A DNA stretch of 64,000 nucleotides, taken from Bacteroidota bacterium (GTDB lineage Bacteria; Bacteroidota; Bacteroidia; 2-12-FULL-35-15). Location: the NCBI GenBank assembly GCA_947447995.1, contig CANFLQ010000001.1, forward strand, positions 25,372 through 89,371. The letters run 5' to 3'. This document shows positions 52,901 through 61,633 of this stretch, piece after piece. The translations under genes and the position numbers were made by a program. Under the pieces are notes generated by a model. That model was not told the origin of the DNA and searched no databases. It saw nothing but the letters and a program-made list of their open reading frames with translations. Every line of letters starts with the position of its first letter. The first letter of the stretch is position 1.

Positions 52901-55150
52901 GCTAGTAACACCTGTAGGTAAACCTGCAACAGTGGCATTTGTACCACCGCCACCAACAGAATAAGTAATTGGATCAATAGCAGTGTTACGGCAAAGCGTT
53001 TGAGCATTGGTACCAGTAGCTGAGGTTAACCCTATAGTAGCTTGCGTACAACAAGCTGTAAAAGTAACAACCGAAGTTGTTGAATTAGTACAACCTGCCG
53101 TTGTACCAGTTACCGTATAAGTAGTAGTACTTGGAGGATTTGCCGTAACACTAGCACCATTTGTAGCTGACAAGCCCGTTGATGGTGTCCAGGTATAGGT
53201 GGTAGCTCCTGAAGCTGTAAGTATTGCACTTGTACCTACACATACATATCCATTATTTGCAGTTATAGCTAACGGAATTATTTTATAGGTTAATATAACC
53301 TTACCTTTTGCTCCAGCACCACCTTTACCGCCATTGCCATCATCATTACCACCGCCACCACCACCGCCAGGTGCCGTTCCTGCAGAACCCGCACAATCAG
53401 GTAACAACGCCCCTCCTTGTCCACAGCCATCTCCGCCTGCCCCTCCGCCAGAAACCATTGTTCCTCCCTTAGCATTGGTTACTCCATTAGCAGCACTTAC
53501 TCCATTTTTACCATTTCCTCCGGGACCAGCCGAACCGCCGCCGCCGCCGCCTGATCCATTAGTCGATTGTGAATAATCTTTACCACCGTTTCCTCCTTTT
53601 AACATAATTACACCACCTACTCCTGTGATGCCGCCTAAACCCGAAGCGACATTACCACCACTATTACCACCTGTTCCACCGTAGGCTAAAATAGTAGTAG
53701 TATTTATAAACCAAGAATCGCTTCCATTACCTCCCTTTGATTGACTGCCTGCAGTTCCTCCTGCTCCAACCATCATATTGTATGTTGCGCCTCCAACCAC
53801 AGGGATAGAGCCAGATTTACTATAACCGCCGCCGCCGCCGCCGCCGCCAGATTTATCATTATCGGTACCACCACCACCACCGCCGCCACCGCCCCATACC
53901 TCAACAATAACAGAGGTTACACAGGCTGGAGCTGTCCATGTAGCTGCACCTGAATTGGTAAAAGCAACAGATACACAATTATCAACCTGAATTTTACTAA
54001 CAGCCGTAGAACTAATTCCGCAGCTTGTACCTGTAACTGTGTATGATACAGTACTTGTAACATTAGTAAGGTCTATAAAACTTGAAGTTGCACCATTTGA
54101 CCATTGGTAAGCCTGACATCCTTCGGCAAATAAGGTTACATCATTACCTGGACAAATAGTAACAGAATTAACAGTAACAGGAGAAAAAATAGTAACTGTT
54201 GCTATTGCTTTGCCAGAACAAGCTCCATTAGCGCCTGTAACAGTGTATGTTGTGGTGCTTGTTGGTGAAACGGTTATACTGCTGGTTGTTTCGCCATTGG
54301 GCAACCAAGCAAAGGATGTTACTCCACTTGCTGTTAGTGTAGCAGATTGTCCTAAACATATTTCTACACTATTAACTTTAGTGGGGTTGGTACCATAAGA
54401 AATTACTACCAATCCTGCACCACCCGCTCCACCTTTATTAGTTGCTGCGGCACCTGCTGTGGCAGTAGCTCCAGACCCTCCTCCTCCATAATCAGCACCT
54501 GCACCACCAGCACTTGACGATACACCTATGGCTCCAGCACCTCCAATAGGAAGTCCCACACCAATCAATCCTGGCGCTCCACCTGTTCCTGCAGATGCGT
54601 CTCCTCCATTTCCTCCAGCATTGGCAGCTCCCCCACCAGCCCCACCAGCAGCACTATTGTTACCTGTAGCTCCGTTACCTCCCGCATATACAAAACCTAC
54701 ATCACCTAAACAGCCAGCGGAAGAACCTGCACCAGCAGCACCATTAGCTCCTGCTGCTGCATTTGCACCTCCAGCACCACCTTTGGCTATAACTGTTGAT
54801 GCGTCAATAAACCATGAATCGCCACCTGTTGCACCATTATTGGTTGTAATACCAGCAGCACTAATATTGTAGGAAGTACCAGGCACAACAGTTATCTTTT
54901 TTCGTACGTATGCCCCTCCTGCTCCGCCGCCACCAGCACTTGACTGAATAAAACTACTAGTTGCGCTCCCCCCAGATCCGCCAGCACCCCAACATTCTAC
55001 AACAATTTCTGTAACACAAGGTGGTGCTTGCCATGTTGTATTTTGTCCAGAAAAATACACTGCAGTATCCTGAGCTTGCAATTGATTTGCAAATACTATT
55101 ATAAGAGCTATAGCGCCTATCTTAGAGATAAAAATATTGTAGACTTTCAT
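49997..55150 (-). CDS. Giant surface protein (1717 aa): two glycine-rich domains, many Ig-like modules, a PKD domain and a T9SS type-B C-terminal sorting domain
   Basis: Signal peptide. Two modules start TWQAPPCVTEIVVECWGAGGSGG and TWTAPACVTSVIVEVWGGGGGGGGG. About 15 modules follow the pattern ICxGxxAxLTAxGAxxYxW. PKD WTWNFGDAG. C-terminus IPNAFTPDENGVNDGF...RIFNRWGEQLF...GNITLVR. Confidence 0.92.
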   Translation of the reverse strand: MKVYNIFISKIGAIALIIVFANQLQAQDTAVYFSGQNTTWQAPPCVTEIVVECWGAGGSGGSATSSFIQSSAGGGGAGGAYVRKKITVVPGTSYNISAAGITTNNGATGGDSWFIDASTVIAKGGAGGANAAAGANGAAGAGSSAGCLGDVGFVYAGGNGATGNNSAAGGAGGGAANAGGNGGDASAGTGGAPGLIGVGLPIGGAGAIGVSSSAGGAGADYGGGGSGATATAGAAATNKGGAGGAGLVVISYGTNPTKVNSVEICLGQSATLTASGVTSFAWLPNGETTSSITVSPTSTTTYTVTGANGACSGKAIATVTIFSPVTVNSVTICPGNDVTLFAEGCQAYQWSNGATSSFIDLTNVTSTVSYTVTGTSCGISSTAVSKIQVDNCVSVAFTNSGAATWTAPACVTSVIVEVWGGGGGGGGGTDNDKSGGGGGGGGYSKSGSIPVVGGATYNMMVGAGGTAGSQSKGGNGSDSWFINTTTILAYGGTGGNSGGNVASGLGGITGVGGVIMLKGGNGGKDYSQSTNGSGGGGGGSAGPGGNGKNGVSAANGVTNAKGGTMVSGGGAGGDGCGQGGALLPDCAGSAGTAPGGGGGGGNDDGNGGKGGAGAKGKVILTYKIIPLAITANNGYVCVGTSAILTASGATTYTWTPSTGLSATNGASVTANPPSTTTYTVTGTTAGCTNSTTSVVTFTACCTQATIGLTSATGTNAQTLCRNTAIDPITYSVGGGGTNATVAGLPTGVTSAFASGTLTINGTSTQVGVFNYTVTTSGGCGPEVESGSITINDLPVITSNSATICQGQSANLTASGGVVSYMWQPGASTNASFTSSILSTSTSYTVTGKDVNGCSNTFVADVTVTPSLNITVLGNSSVCIGASNTLTAAGANTYTWAPPNFLTATTGATTTTTPTTTITYTVTGAANGCTGFTVVTIPVTPPDDASFSYSGVTFCNVTGTYTPTVAVGGNFSTTPLGALNLNTSTGAISVDAATALGKYDIIHTTTAGVCSNTYTLTVTIVGIPDATFSYAGPYCKTATVNPKITQLLGATPGVFSVSPSGLSFVNKFTGEINLVGSTANTYTVTNTIAAGGGCSLAKDSVVVTINPSPVTSVTSETICAGTTATITATGATSYTWVGGGTPSGTGNQNLTHNPASTQSYTVTGTTSGCFSSATSTITVTQAPVVGIIPPPASVCPGTPATLTATGATTYTWVGGGTSSGSKLTDSPIATTNYTVTGTIGICTATAIGKITVGSAPSILTTDATICSGSTGATLTANGGTSYSWSTIPVQTTSSINVNPTVTTTYTVTGTGLTVGCNGVAYATVNVNATPVPIISAVPSSICFGQSSILTVSAVGAASYAWSSGGLGNSITVSPATTTPYTVTVTSTAGCSATASKTVSVNPIPVVGVNSVTICSGQTASLIATGATSYAWLPNIGSTPTVTTPALTTSTSYSVTGTTAGCSSTVISKVVVITTPTVTVSSVSICAGLPATLTANGASTYIWMPGGASGFSITVNPNVTTLYTVTGKSVANCSSTGVGRVTAFPVPTAAFDDLSTINLSKANITFVDKSTNAASWTWNFGDAGTSIEQNPQHTYADTGTFVIGLRVVSNGGCVDSVFHDVRIIPDLLIYIPNAFTPDENGVNDGFSFKSSGLTANGFEFRIFNRWGEQLFYTTDITAAWKGDDTKGAACPQDIYVYSIVIKDGFGKEKKYLGNITLVR
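53827..53849 (-). repeat. (CCG)7 trinucleotide microsatellite encoding poly-Gly
   Basis: CCGCCGCCGCCGCCGCCGCCGCC on the plus strand equals (GGC)7 on the coding strand, within KSGGGGGGGGYS. A second NCC x9 run lies at 53868-53894. Confidence 0.9.
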
Positions 55151-55402
55151 AATTTTAAAAAAATTTATCTTTGATAATTGTTTAACCTCTATAAATGTTA
55201 CTCTAGCTTAATTTTTATTAAAATACCGTTTCAAATCATAAGAGAAAAAATACGGTAAAAAGGTTGCAAAGATAATAACATCTTTTTAGTTTTTTATCCA
55301 AACAAAATTTCTTCGCTTTCTTTTTGTTCATAAACCTTATTCTATATCTTTACAAAAATTACATTATTTATTTATATAATAAATTCACTTTGAACTAAAA
55401 AA

Positions 55403-56371
55403 ATGCTCGCCTTTTTTAAATTAATTCGTTTGCCTAACTTGCTTATTATTGCATTTACACAATATATGGTGCGTTGGTGTTTGATTTATCCAGTTTTAAA
55501 AACTCAAGGTCTGGAATTACGATTAAGTAATTTTTACTTTTTTTTGGTTGTTATTGCTACAGTTATAATTGCTGCTGCAGGGTATGTTATTAACGATTAC
55601 TTTGATGTAAAAATTGATAAAGTAAATAAACCTGAGCGTTTGGTAATAGACAAAGGCGTAAAACGACGCGTTGCCATGGGTGCACATACTGTAATGAATG
55701 TGTTGGCAATACTAATTGCTTTATATGTTTCTTATGCTATTGGTGTTTGGAAAATAGGACTCATTTATTTTATATGCGCCGTTGGATTATGGTTTTACTC
55801 TACCACCTTTAAACGTCAATTTTTAATAGGTAATATTGTAATTGCAACATTTACAGCCATGGTTCCAATAGTTGTAGGGTTATTTGATTTAATACCTTGT
55901 TATACTAATTATTTAAGTGTTGATTACAACCTTAGTTTTAAAAATATAATTTGGTACATCTTAGCAATTTCATCTTTTGGATTTTTAACCACAATAATAC
56001 GTGAAATAGTTAAAGACATTGAAGATTATGAAGGGGATAAAGAATATGGATGTGAAACAATGCCTATAGTTATCGGTAAAAAAAAATCACAATTAACAGT
56101 TGCTGTAATTACCCTAATTACAATGAGTTATTTAGCTTACTTTCAACTTTTACTTTGGACTTCCAACGATAAATTATCGTTCTATTATTTTTTATTTGCC
56201 CTTCAATTTCCTTTGGCATTTTTAACTTTTAAAATCACAAAAGCTCAAGATAAAAAGGATTTCAGTTTCATAAGCAATGTTACTAAACTTATAATGTTAT
56301 TAGGAATTTGCTATTTATTTATTTTTGCATATAACTTACTTTACTTTACCCATGTTATTGAAAGAATTTAA
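55403..56371 (+). CDS. UbiA-family aromatic/polyprenyl prenyltransferase
   Basis: 322 aa with about 8 TM helices. First Asp-rich motif NDYFDVKIDKVN and second DIEDYEGDKEYG. Confidence 0.85.
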   Translation: MLAFFKLIRLPNLLIIAFTQYMVRWCLIYPVLKTQGLELRLSNFYFFLVVIATVIIAAAGYVINDYFDVKIDKVNKPERLVIDKGVKRRVAMGAHTVMNVLAILIALYVSYAIGVWKIGLIYFICAVGLWFYSTTFKRQFLIGNIVIATFTAMVPIVVGLFDLIPCYTNYLSVDYNLSFKNIIWYILAISSFGFLTTIIREIVKDIEDYEGDKEYGCETMPIVIGKKKSQLTVAVITLITMSYLAYFQLLLWTSNDKLSFYYFLFALQFPLAFLTFKITKAQDKKDFSFISNVTKLIMLLGICYLFIFAYNLLYFTHVIERI

Positions 56372-56933
56372 GAATCGTAAAATCATTTTAGCTTCTAAAT
56401 CGCCACGCAGGCAGTATTTATTAAAGGAACTGGGACTTATTTTTGAAGTAGATACCAAAGAAGTAGATGAAAGTTTCCCTGAAAATTTAAAAGCACAGGA
56501 AATACCCCTCTATCTTTGTCAAAAAAAAGCAGATGCCTTTAAAGAAGAATTGAGTAACGATACTATTGTAATTACTGCTGACACCATTGTTTGGCTGGAG
56601 AATCAAGTCCTAAATAAACCTGAAAATTTTGAAGATGCTGTTAGAATGCTACAACTACTTTCTGGTAAAATGCATGAAGTGTACACTGGGGTTTGTTTAA
56701 AATCAAAAAATAAAACCAAAACGTTTTATGCTGTAACCAAAGTGTATTTTAAAATACTAACTCTGGAAGAAATTGAATATTATATTACTAATTATAACCC
56801 TTACGACAAGGCTGGAGCTTATGGTGCTCAGGAATTTATAGGTTACATTGCTATTGATAAAATTGAAGGGACTTATTTTAATGTAATGGGATTACCTTTA
56901 AAAGAGTTATATGAAAACTTATTGGCATTTTAA
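56352..56933 (+). CDS. maf: Maf-family nucleoside triphosphate pyrophosphatase
   Basis: ILASKSPRRQYLLKELG, TADTIV and KAGAYGAQE blocks. I prefer the ATG at 56352 (MLLKEFKNRKIILAS...), which overlaps the ubiA-like gene end by 20 nt. Confidence 0.9.
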   Translation: MLLKEFKNRKIILASKSPRRQYLLKELGLIFEVDTKEVDESFPENLKAQEIPLYLCQKKADAFKEELSNDTIVITADTIVWLENQVLNKPENFEDAVRMLQLLSGKMHEVYTGVCLKSKNKTKTFYAVTKVYFKILTLEEIEYYITNYNPYDKAGAYGAQEFIGYIAIDKIEGTYFNVMGLPLKELYENLLAF

Positions 56934-57101
56934 TTTTTTAGAATTTATTTTTTTTGTAATTTTGCTAACCTAGGTGGGTTAGAGGTTATTTCTAACTTAT
57001 TTTACAGAAGTACATTAAACGCTTTATTTATTTGTTCTATCAATTTTGGAATCAAAATTGATGGTAGTACACAATCAGTTAAATCTATTATACCCTTAAA
57101 T

Positions 57102-57674
57102 ATGAAAAAAGCAATAACAACCATTACACTACTGGCTGTAATATTATTAGGCAATGTAAGTGCCCAAACCAAAATTTCTGGAGTAATTTTATCTCCTAAA
57201 ATTGCTCCAGCAAAAACAGAATTAATATTGAATGGTGGCGGAGTAAGAACAAAATACTTTATTAAAGTATATGTTGCAGGGCTTTACCTTCAAAACAAAT
57301 CAACCAAAGCTAAAGAAATAGTTGACGCCGATAAACCAATGGCTGTTAGGTTACATATTATATCCAATTTACTAACAAGTGATAATATGGCAATAGCGAT
57401 ACGTGATGGTTTTGAAAAATCAACAAATGGAAATATTGAACCCTTTAAAAAAGATTTAGATATTATTTGTTCTATTTTTAAAAGTGAACCAATTAAAATA
57501 GGTGATATGTTTGAAATATTTTACACACCTGGTATTGGAGTTGGCTGTTTTAAAAATAATAAAGACCAAAAAGTTAGTATACAGGGTATGCCATTTAAAA
57601 AAGCTTTGTTTGGCATTTGGTTTTCTGACAATCCTGTTGATGAAAATTTAAAAAAGGGAATGTTAGGATTATAA
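57102..57674 (+). CDS. Chalcone-isomerase-like family protein, secreted
   Basis: 190 aa. Signal peptide, then LILNGGGVRTKYFIKVYVAGLYL, typical of the bacterial CHI-like fold family. Confidence 0.75.
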   Translation: MKKAITTITLLAVILLGNVSAQTKISGVILSPKIAPAKTELILNGGGVRTKYFIKVYVAGLYLQNKSTKAKEIVDADKPMAVRLHIISNLLTSDNMAIAIRDGFEKSTNGNIEPFKKDLDIICSIFKSEPIKIGDMFEIFYTPGIGVGCFKNNKDQKVSIQGMPFKKALFGIWFSDNPVDENLKKGMLGL

Positions 57675-57692
57675 GAATACTTAATTAAAAAG

Positions 57693-57728
57693 AAAATGCC
57701 AGGTTTATTTTACTTGGCATTTTTTTTT
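57693..57728 (+). terminator. Rho-independent terminator after the CHI-like gene
   Basis: AAAATGCCAGG (57693-57703) pairs with CTTGGCATTTT (57713-57723), including one G-U pair, and runs into a T-run. Confidence 0.65.
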
Positions 57729-57764
57729 CTTCTTATCTTCACGCCAATAAACTATTGAATAGTT

Positions 57765-58457
57765 ATGAGTATTTTAAAACTAAGTCCAAGCAATTTTGAA
57801 TTTTTAAAATTGTTAAAAAAAAACAATAACCGTGAATGGTTTGCTGCTAATAAGCAGCTATTTATAAAAGAACAAGAGCAAATAATTAAATTTGCAGATG
57901 CTTTGTTATTAGAAATGAATAAGCATGATGTAATTGAAACAGCTTCTGGTAAAAAAAGCATCTATCGAATTTATCGTGATACGCGATTTTCAAAAGATAA
58001 AACACCTTATAAAAACAATTGGGCAGGTGGATTTAAACGTGCAACCAAACAACGCCGAGGCGGATATTATTTTCATATTGAACCAGGAAATAGTTTTATT
58101 GCTGGCGGTTTTTTTTCACCTGAACCTAAGGATTTAAAACGAATTAGAGATGAATTTGCTTATGATGATGCTCGTATCCGTAAAATTTTAAAAAGTAAAG
58201 CATTTACAAATACATTTGGTACGCTAGAAGGGGAACAATTAAAAACCAGTCCGAAAGGATTTGATGCCGACAATGCTGCAATTAACCTGATACGTTATAA
58301 GCAATTTTTATTAATTAAAAGGTTTACAGACAAGGAAGTATTAAGTGATAATTTTTTAGAAATGGTAAATGATACATTTAAAAAAATGCGCCCTTTTTTT
58401 GATTATATGTCGGAAGTATTAACTACTGACGAAAACGGAATTCCTATACATGAATAA
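57765..58457 (+). CDS. DUF2461-family protein
   Basis: 230 aa. NNREWFAANK, IYRIYRDTRFSKDKTPYK and GGYYFHIEPG...FIAGGF are the conserved blocks of this family. Confidence 0.85.
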   Translation: MSILKLSPSNFEFLKLLKKNNNREWFAANKQLFIKEQEQIIKFADALLLEMNKHDVIETASGKKSIYRIYRDTRFSKDKTPYKNNWAGGFKRATKQRRGGYYFHIEPGNSFIAGGFFSPEPKDLKRIRDEFAYDDARIRKILKSKAFTNTFGTLEGEQLKTSPKGFDADNAAINLIRYKQFLLIKRFTDKEVLSDNFLEMVNDTFKKMRPFFDYMSEVLTTDENGIPIHE

Positions 58458-59190
58458 GCTAAAACATACCCTTTACCAACCCTATAAATGGTTTTTCTTT
58501 TTTCCATTTATTATACTAAATACTTTATTTTTTGCAACTATTGCAATAATAATAGCAACCTTTATTAGTCAAAAAGCTGGCAGCAAATTTGCCGCTGTTG
58601 CTTGGGCTAGGGTAAATTCTTTTTTTACTCCCATGTTTGTAAAAGTTTCTGGCTACCAAAACATTCAAAAAAACACATCTTATATTGTTGTATCTAACCA
58701 TCAAAGCCATTACGACATATTTGTAATTTATGGATGGTTAGGAATCGATTTAAAATGGGTAATGAAAATGGAATTACGAAAAGTGCCCGCATTGGGTATT
58801 GCTTGTGAAAAATTAGGACATATTTTTTTGGATCGTTCCAATTCCAAAGAAGCTATTGAAAGTTTAAATAAAGCTAAAGGGAAATTAATAAATGGCACCT
58901 CTATCGTTATTTTTCCTGAAGGAACAAGAAGTGAAGATGGGCGAATAAACCCATTTAAGCGAGGCGCATTTAAACTTGCACTGGATCTTGGTTTACCCAT
59001 TTTACCTGTAACAATAATTGGCACTAAAGACATACTTCCAACTAATACGCTCAATATTATACCAGGGAATGCTAAAATGATAATTCATGAACCAATTGAT
59101 ATTCAAAACTATTCGGAAAATGAAATTGAGAAGTTTATGAGCGATGTTAAGGCTATTATTGAGACTCCTTTAAACAAATTGCCTCAATGA
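58450..59190 (+). CDS. plsC: 1-acyl-sn-glycerol-3-phosphate acyltransferase
   Basis: 246 aa. An N-terminal TM helix, HX4D box NHQSHYD and FPEGTRS box. The start overlaps the DUF2461 stop (ATGAATAA). Confidence 0.88.
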   Translation: MNKLKHTLYQPYKWFFFFPFIILNTLFFATIAIIIATFISQKAGSKFAAVAWARVNSFFTPMFVKVSGYQNIQKNTSYIVVSNHQSHYDIFVIYGWLGIDLKWVMKMELRKVPALGIACEKLGHIFLDRSNSKEAIESLNKAKGKLINGTSIVIFPEGTRSEDGRINPFKRGAFKLALDLGLPILPVTIIGTKDILPTNTLNIIPGNAKMIIHEPIDIQNYSENEIEKFMSDVKAIIETPLNKLPQ

Positions 59191-59196
59191 GATATT

Positions 59197-59658
59197 TTAA
59201 GCAATGCTTATTATTTTAAATAACTGACCGTTAAAATCTGTTTCCTGATGAGCTGACATACCCATTAATTTAATTGCAATAGGAGATACAGGAGAAACAG
59301 CATAATACACAACACCGCCTATTTGAATTTTACCTACACTTATTGCAATATAAAAAGCACCCCTATTTGTTATAACAAGGCTTCCTGGCTTAATTATAGA
59401 AGATGGTTGATTCGGATTTATTTTTAATATTTTTTTTTTAAGTTCCAAAGCTTCTGATAATTGAGCAGAATTATTCTCCTGTTCCAGTTGCATCATTGCT
59501 CTTCCTGTTTCATGTTTATCGCCAGCGCTACTTTTTGTTTCGTCGTTTCCCGATTCGCTTGCTGTAGCTAAAGCACTTTGAATATTATTAATGCGTTGAT
59601 CTGCAAATTCAACACACTTTGTGTAAAGTTGTATTTTTACAGCTATTTGGCTATTCAT
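59197..59658 (-). CDS. GreA/GreB-like protein (coiled-coil plus Gre C-terminal-like domain)
   Basis: 153 aa. The helical N-terminal half contains DKHETGRAMMQLEQE. The C-terminal half GSLVITNRGAFYI...AVSPVSPIAIKLMG resembles the IS-x-SPIG-x-ALxG box of Gre factors. Confidence 0.6.
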   Translation of the reverse strand: MNSQIAVKIQLYTKCVEFADQRINNIQSALATASESGNDETKSSAGDKHETGRAMMQLEQENNSAQLSEALELKKKILKINPNQPSSIIKPGSLVITNRGAFYIAISVGKIQIGGVVYYAVSPVSPIAIKLMGMSAHQETDFNGQLFKIISIA

Positions 59659-60377
59659 TATTTTGCAAAAAAGCTATAATGACAAACAAATCCAAAACTA
59701 AAATACTGAGTTGTTCCAGCATTATTATTACTATAACCCGACCAATCATTCAGATACAATTCAGATGGATTAAAAGCACGTTGGATAAATGTATAATTAA
59801 CAGTTGGACCAAATCCCCAACGAGACTCAACTAAAAATACCATGCCTAATCCAAGTTCAGTATATGGAGATTTGAAATTAGTTACAGCAATTGTTTTAGT
59901 ATAATCTTTATTAGCAAAATCAGTAAATTTAATAATACTCAATCCTATTACTACATCAGCCGAAAGTATCCATCTGTTTTTATCACCAACATAAAAATTA
60001 CCTCCTAATTTAACTGCTGAATTTAAAAATTTTACATGAGGTTGTTTTGCATAAGTTGTATTGGTTACTATATTTTTATCCACCTGTAGTAAAGCATCAG
60101 AAAATGCAACACCTATATATAGTGACTTATACAATGCCATGTTCACACTAAAATTTGCCTGATAAATACCAATAAAACTTTTACGAAAAGCACTATTACT
60201 TGTAGGATTGGGAACCGTAATTGATAATCGGGCAGTAAACAAATCATTAGCTCTTGGCTGTATTAAATTAGTTCTTATTGCTAATGTATCTGTGGATGTA
60301 GTATCTTCTTGTGCTTGCAAACTTAAGCAAGTTGCTACAAAAAATATTACGAATAAAAATTTGAACGATTGATTCAT
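59658..60377 (-). CDS. Predicted outer-membrane beta-barrel protein, unknown function
   Basis: 239 aa. Signal peptide ending SLQAQ, alternating hydrophobic beta-strand pattern, and an aromatic C-terminal residue pattern (YSFFAK). Its stop overlaps the next start (TAATG). Confidence 0.55.
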   Translation of the reverse strand: MNQSFKFLFVIFFVATCLSLQAQEDTTSTDTLAIRTNLIQPRANDLFTARLSITVPNPTSNSAFRKSFIGIYQANFSVNMALYKSLYIGVAFSDALLQVDKNIVTNTTYAKQPHVKFLNSAVKLGGNFYVGDKNRWILSADVVIGLSIIKFTDFANKDYTKTIAVTNFKSPYTELGLGMVFLVESRWGFGPTVNYTFIQRAFNPSELYLNDWSGYSNNNAGTTQYFSFGFVCHYSFFAK

Positions 60378-60561
60378 AGTACTATTTTTTAATAATTTAT
60401 ACTAAAACAAATACAATGATAATCACAAAAATTAAACATTTGTTCAGTTTCTACACAAATTATTAATCAAATTAAAATTAAATACAAAAACAAATAAATT
60501 ATGCTAATCAAATTAGTAAATGATACAATCGAATGCTATTTTTGGAGAAACATTATACAAA

Positions 60562-61212
60562 ATGATAAAAGCTAGTAATATCAATAAATCCTACGGTATC
60601 CTAAAGGTTTTAAATGGAGTTTCTATTGATATAAAAAAAGGAGAAGTTATTTCAATTGTAGGTCCTTCGGGGGCAGGAAAAACAACGTTACTGCATATTT
60701 TAGGAACACTAGACAGAGAAGATTCTGGAACACTAGAAATAAATGAAACACTAATTTCATCCTTAAATGAAAAAAAATTAGCTGAATTTAGGAATAAAAA
60801 CATTGGATTTGTATTTCAATTTCATCATCTGTTGCCTGAATTTACAGCACTTGAAAACGTTTGTATTCCTGCATTTATAGCTGGTACATCCAAAAATATA
60901 GCAGAAGAAAGAGCGAAAGATCTTCTTAATTTTTTAGGATTATCAGAACGTATCCATCATAAACCAAATGAATTGTCGGGTGGGGAGCAGCAACGTGTAG
61001 CTGTTGCAAGGGCGTTAATGAATAACCCTTCTGTAATATTAGCGGACGAACCTTCGGGAAATTTAGATTCAAAAACTGCAAAAGAATTGCATAACCTATT
61101 TTTTACTTTGCGTGAAAAATTTAATCAAACATTTATCATTGTTACTCACAACCAAGAACTTGCTGATATGGCAGATAGAAAACTGATAATGCGTGATGGT
61201 AATATTGTTTAA
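60562..61212 (+). CDS. lolD: ABC transporter ATP-binding protein, LolD/MacB type
   Basis: Walker [10 protein letters not shown], signature [15 protein letters not shown] and Walker [13 protein letters not shown] prefer the ATG at 60562 ([12 protein letters not shown]). Confidence 0.85.
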   Translation: MIKASNINKSYGILKVLNGVSIDIKKGEVISIVGPSGAGKTTLLHILGTLDREDSGTLEINETLISSLNEKKLAEFRNKNIGFVFQFHHLLPEFTALENVCIPAFIAGTSKNIAEERAKDLLNFLGLSERIHHKPNELSGGEQQRVAVARALMNNPSVILADEPSGNLDSKTAKELHNLFFTLREKFNQTFIIVTHNQELADMADRKLIMRDGNIV

Positions 61213-61228
61213 TGCTTTTTCTATATAA

Positions 61229-61633
61229 TTAAAAATATTTTTTTATTTTTTCTAGAAATGATTGAGGTGCCATACAAGGGCGATTATTTTTTTTATTTAT
61301 AAATATAAGAACTGTGCTGCCTATATTTATCAACTCGTTATTTTGATTGTAAATTTCATATTCAAAAGATAATCTAACAGTAGGCATTTCTTTAATAGTT
61401 GTTTTAATTACAAGCAAATCATCATAAAGTGCCGACTTAATGTAACGAGAATTACAGGTATAAACAGGCAACATTACACCATTATCTTCCATCTCTTTAT
61501 AACTCGACCCAATCTCACGTAAAGCTTCAACTCTTCCAACCTCATAGTATTGAGCATAATTACCATAATAAACATAACCCATTCTATCGGTTTCTGCATA
61601 ACGCACTCTAACAGTTGTTTCAGATATATACAT
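61229..61633 (-). CDS. Acyl-CoA thioesterase, YbgC/4HBT hot-dog family
   Basis: 134 aa. VRVRYAETDRMGYVYYGNYAQYYEVGRVEALR is the catalytic-Asp N-terminal block of this family. Confidence 0.85.
   Translation of the reverse strand: MYISETTVRVRYAETDRMGYVYYGNYAQYYEVGRVEALREIGSSYKEMEDNGVMLPVYTCNSRYIKSALYDDLLVIKTTIKEMPTVRLSFEYEIYNQNNELINIGSTVLIFINKKNNRPCMAPQSFLEKIKKYF

Noticed and set aside
53334-54872. Proline-rich plus-strand ORFs (53334-53576, 54528-54872; also 53741-53953 and 54210-54398) that look like extensin- or PPE-like proteins
   Set aside because: They are the antisense reading of GGN/GCN-rich codons of the glycine-rich domains in the 1717-aa minus-strand gene. They have no independent start context or signal, and they are fully nested in a far better-supported ORF.
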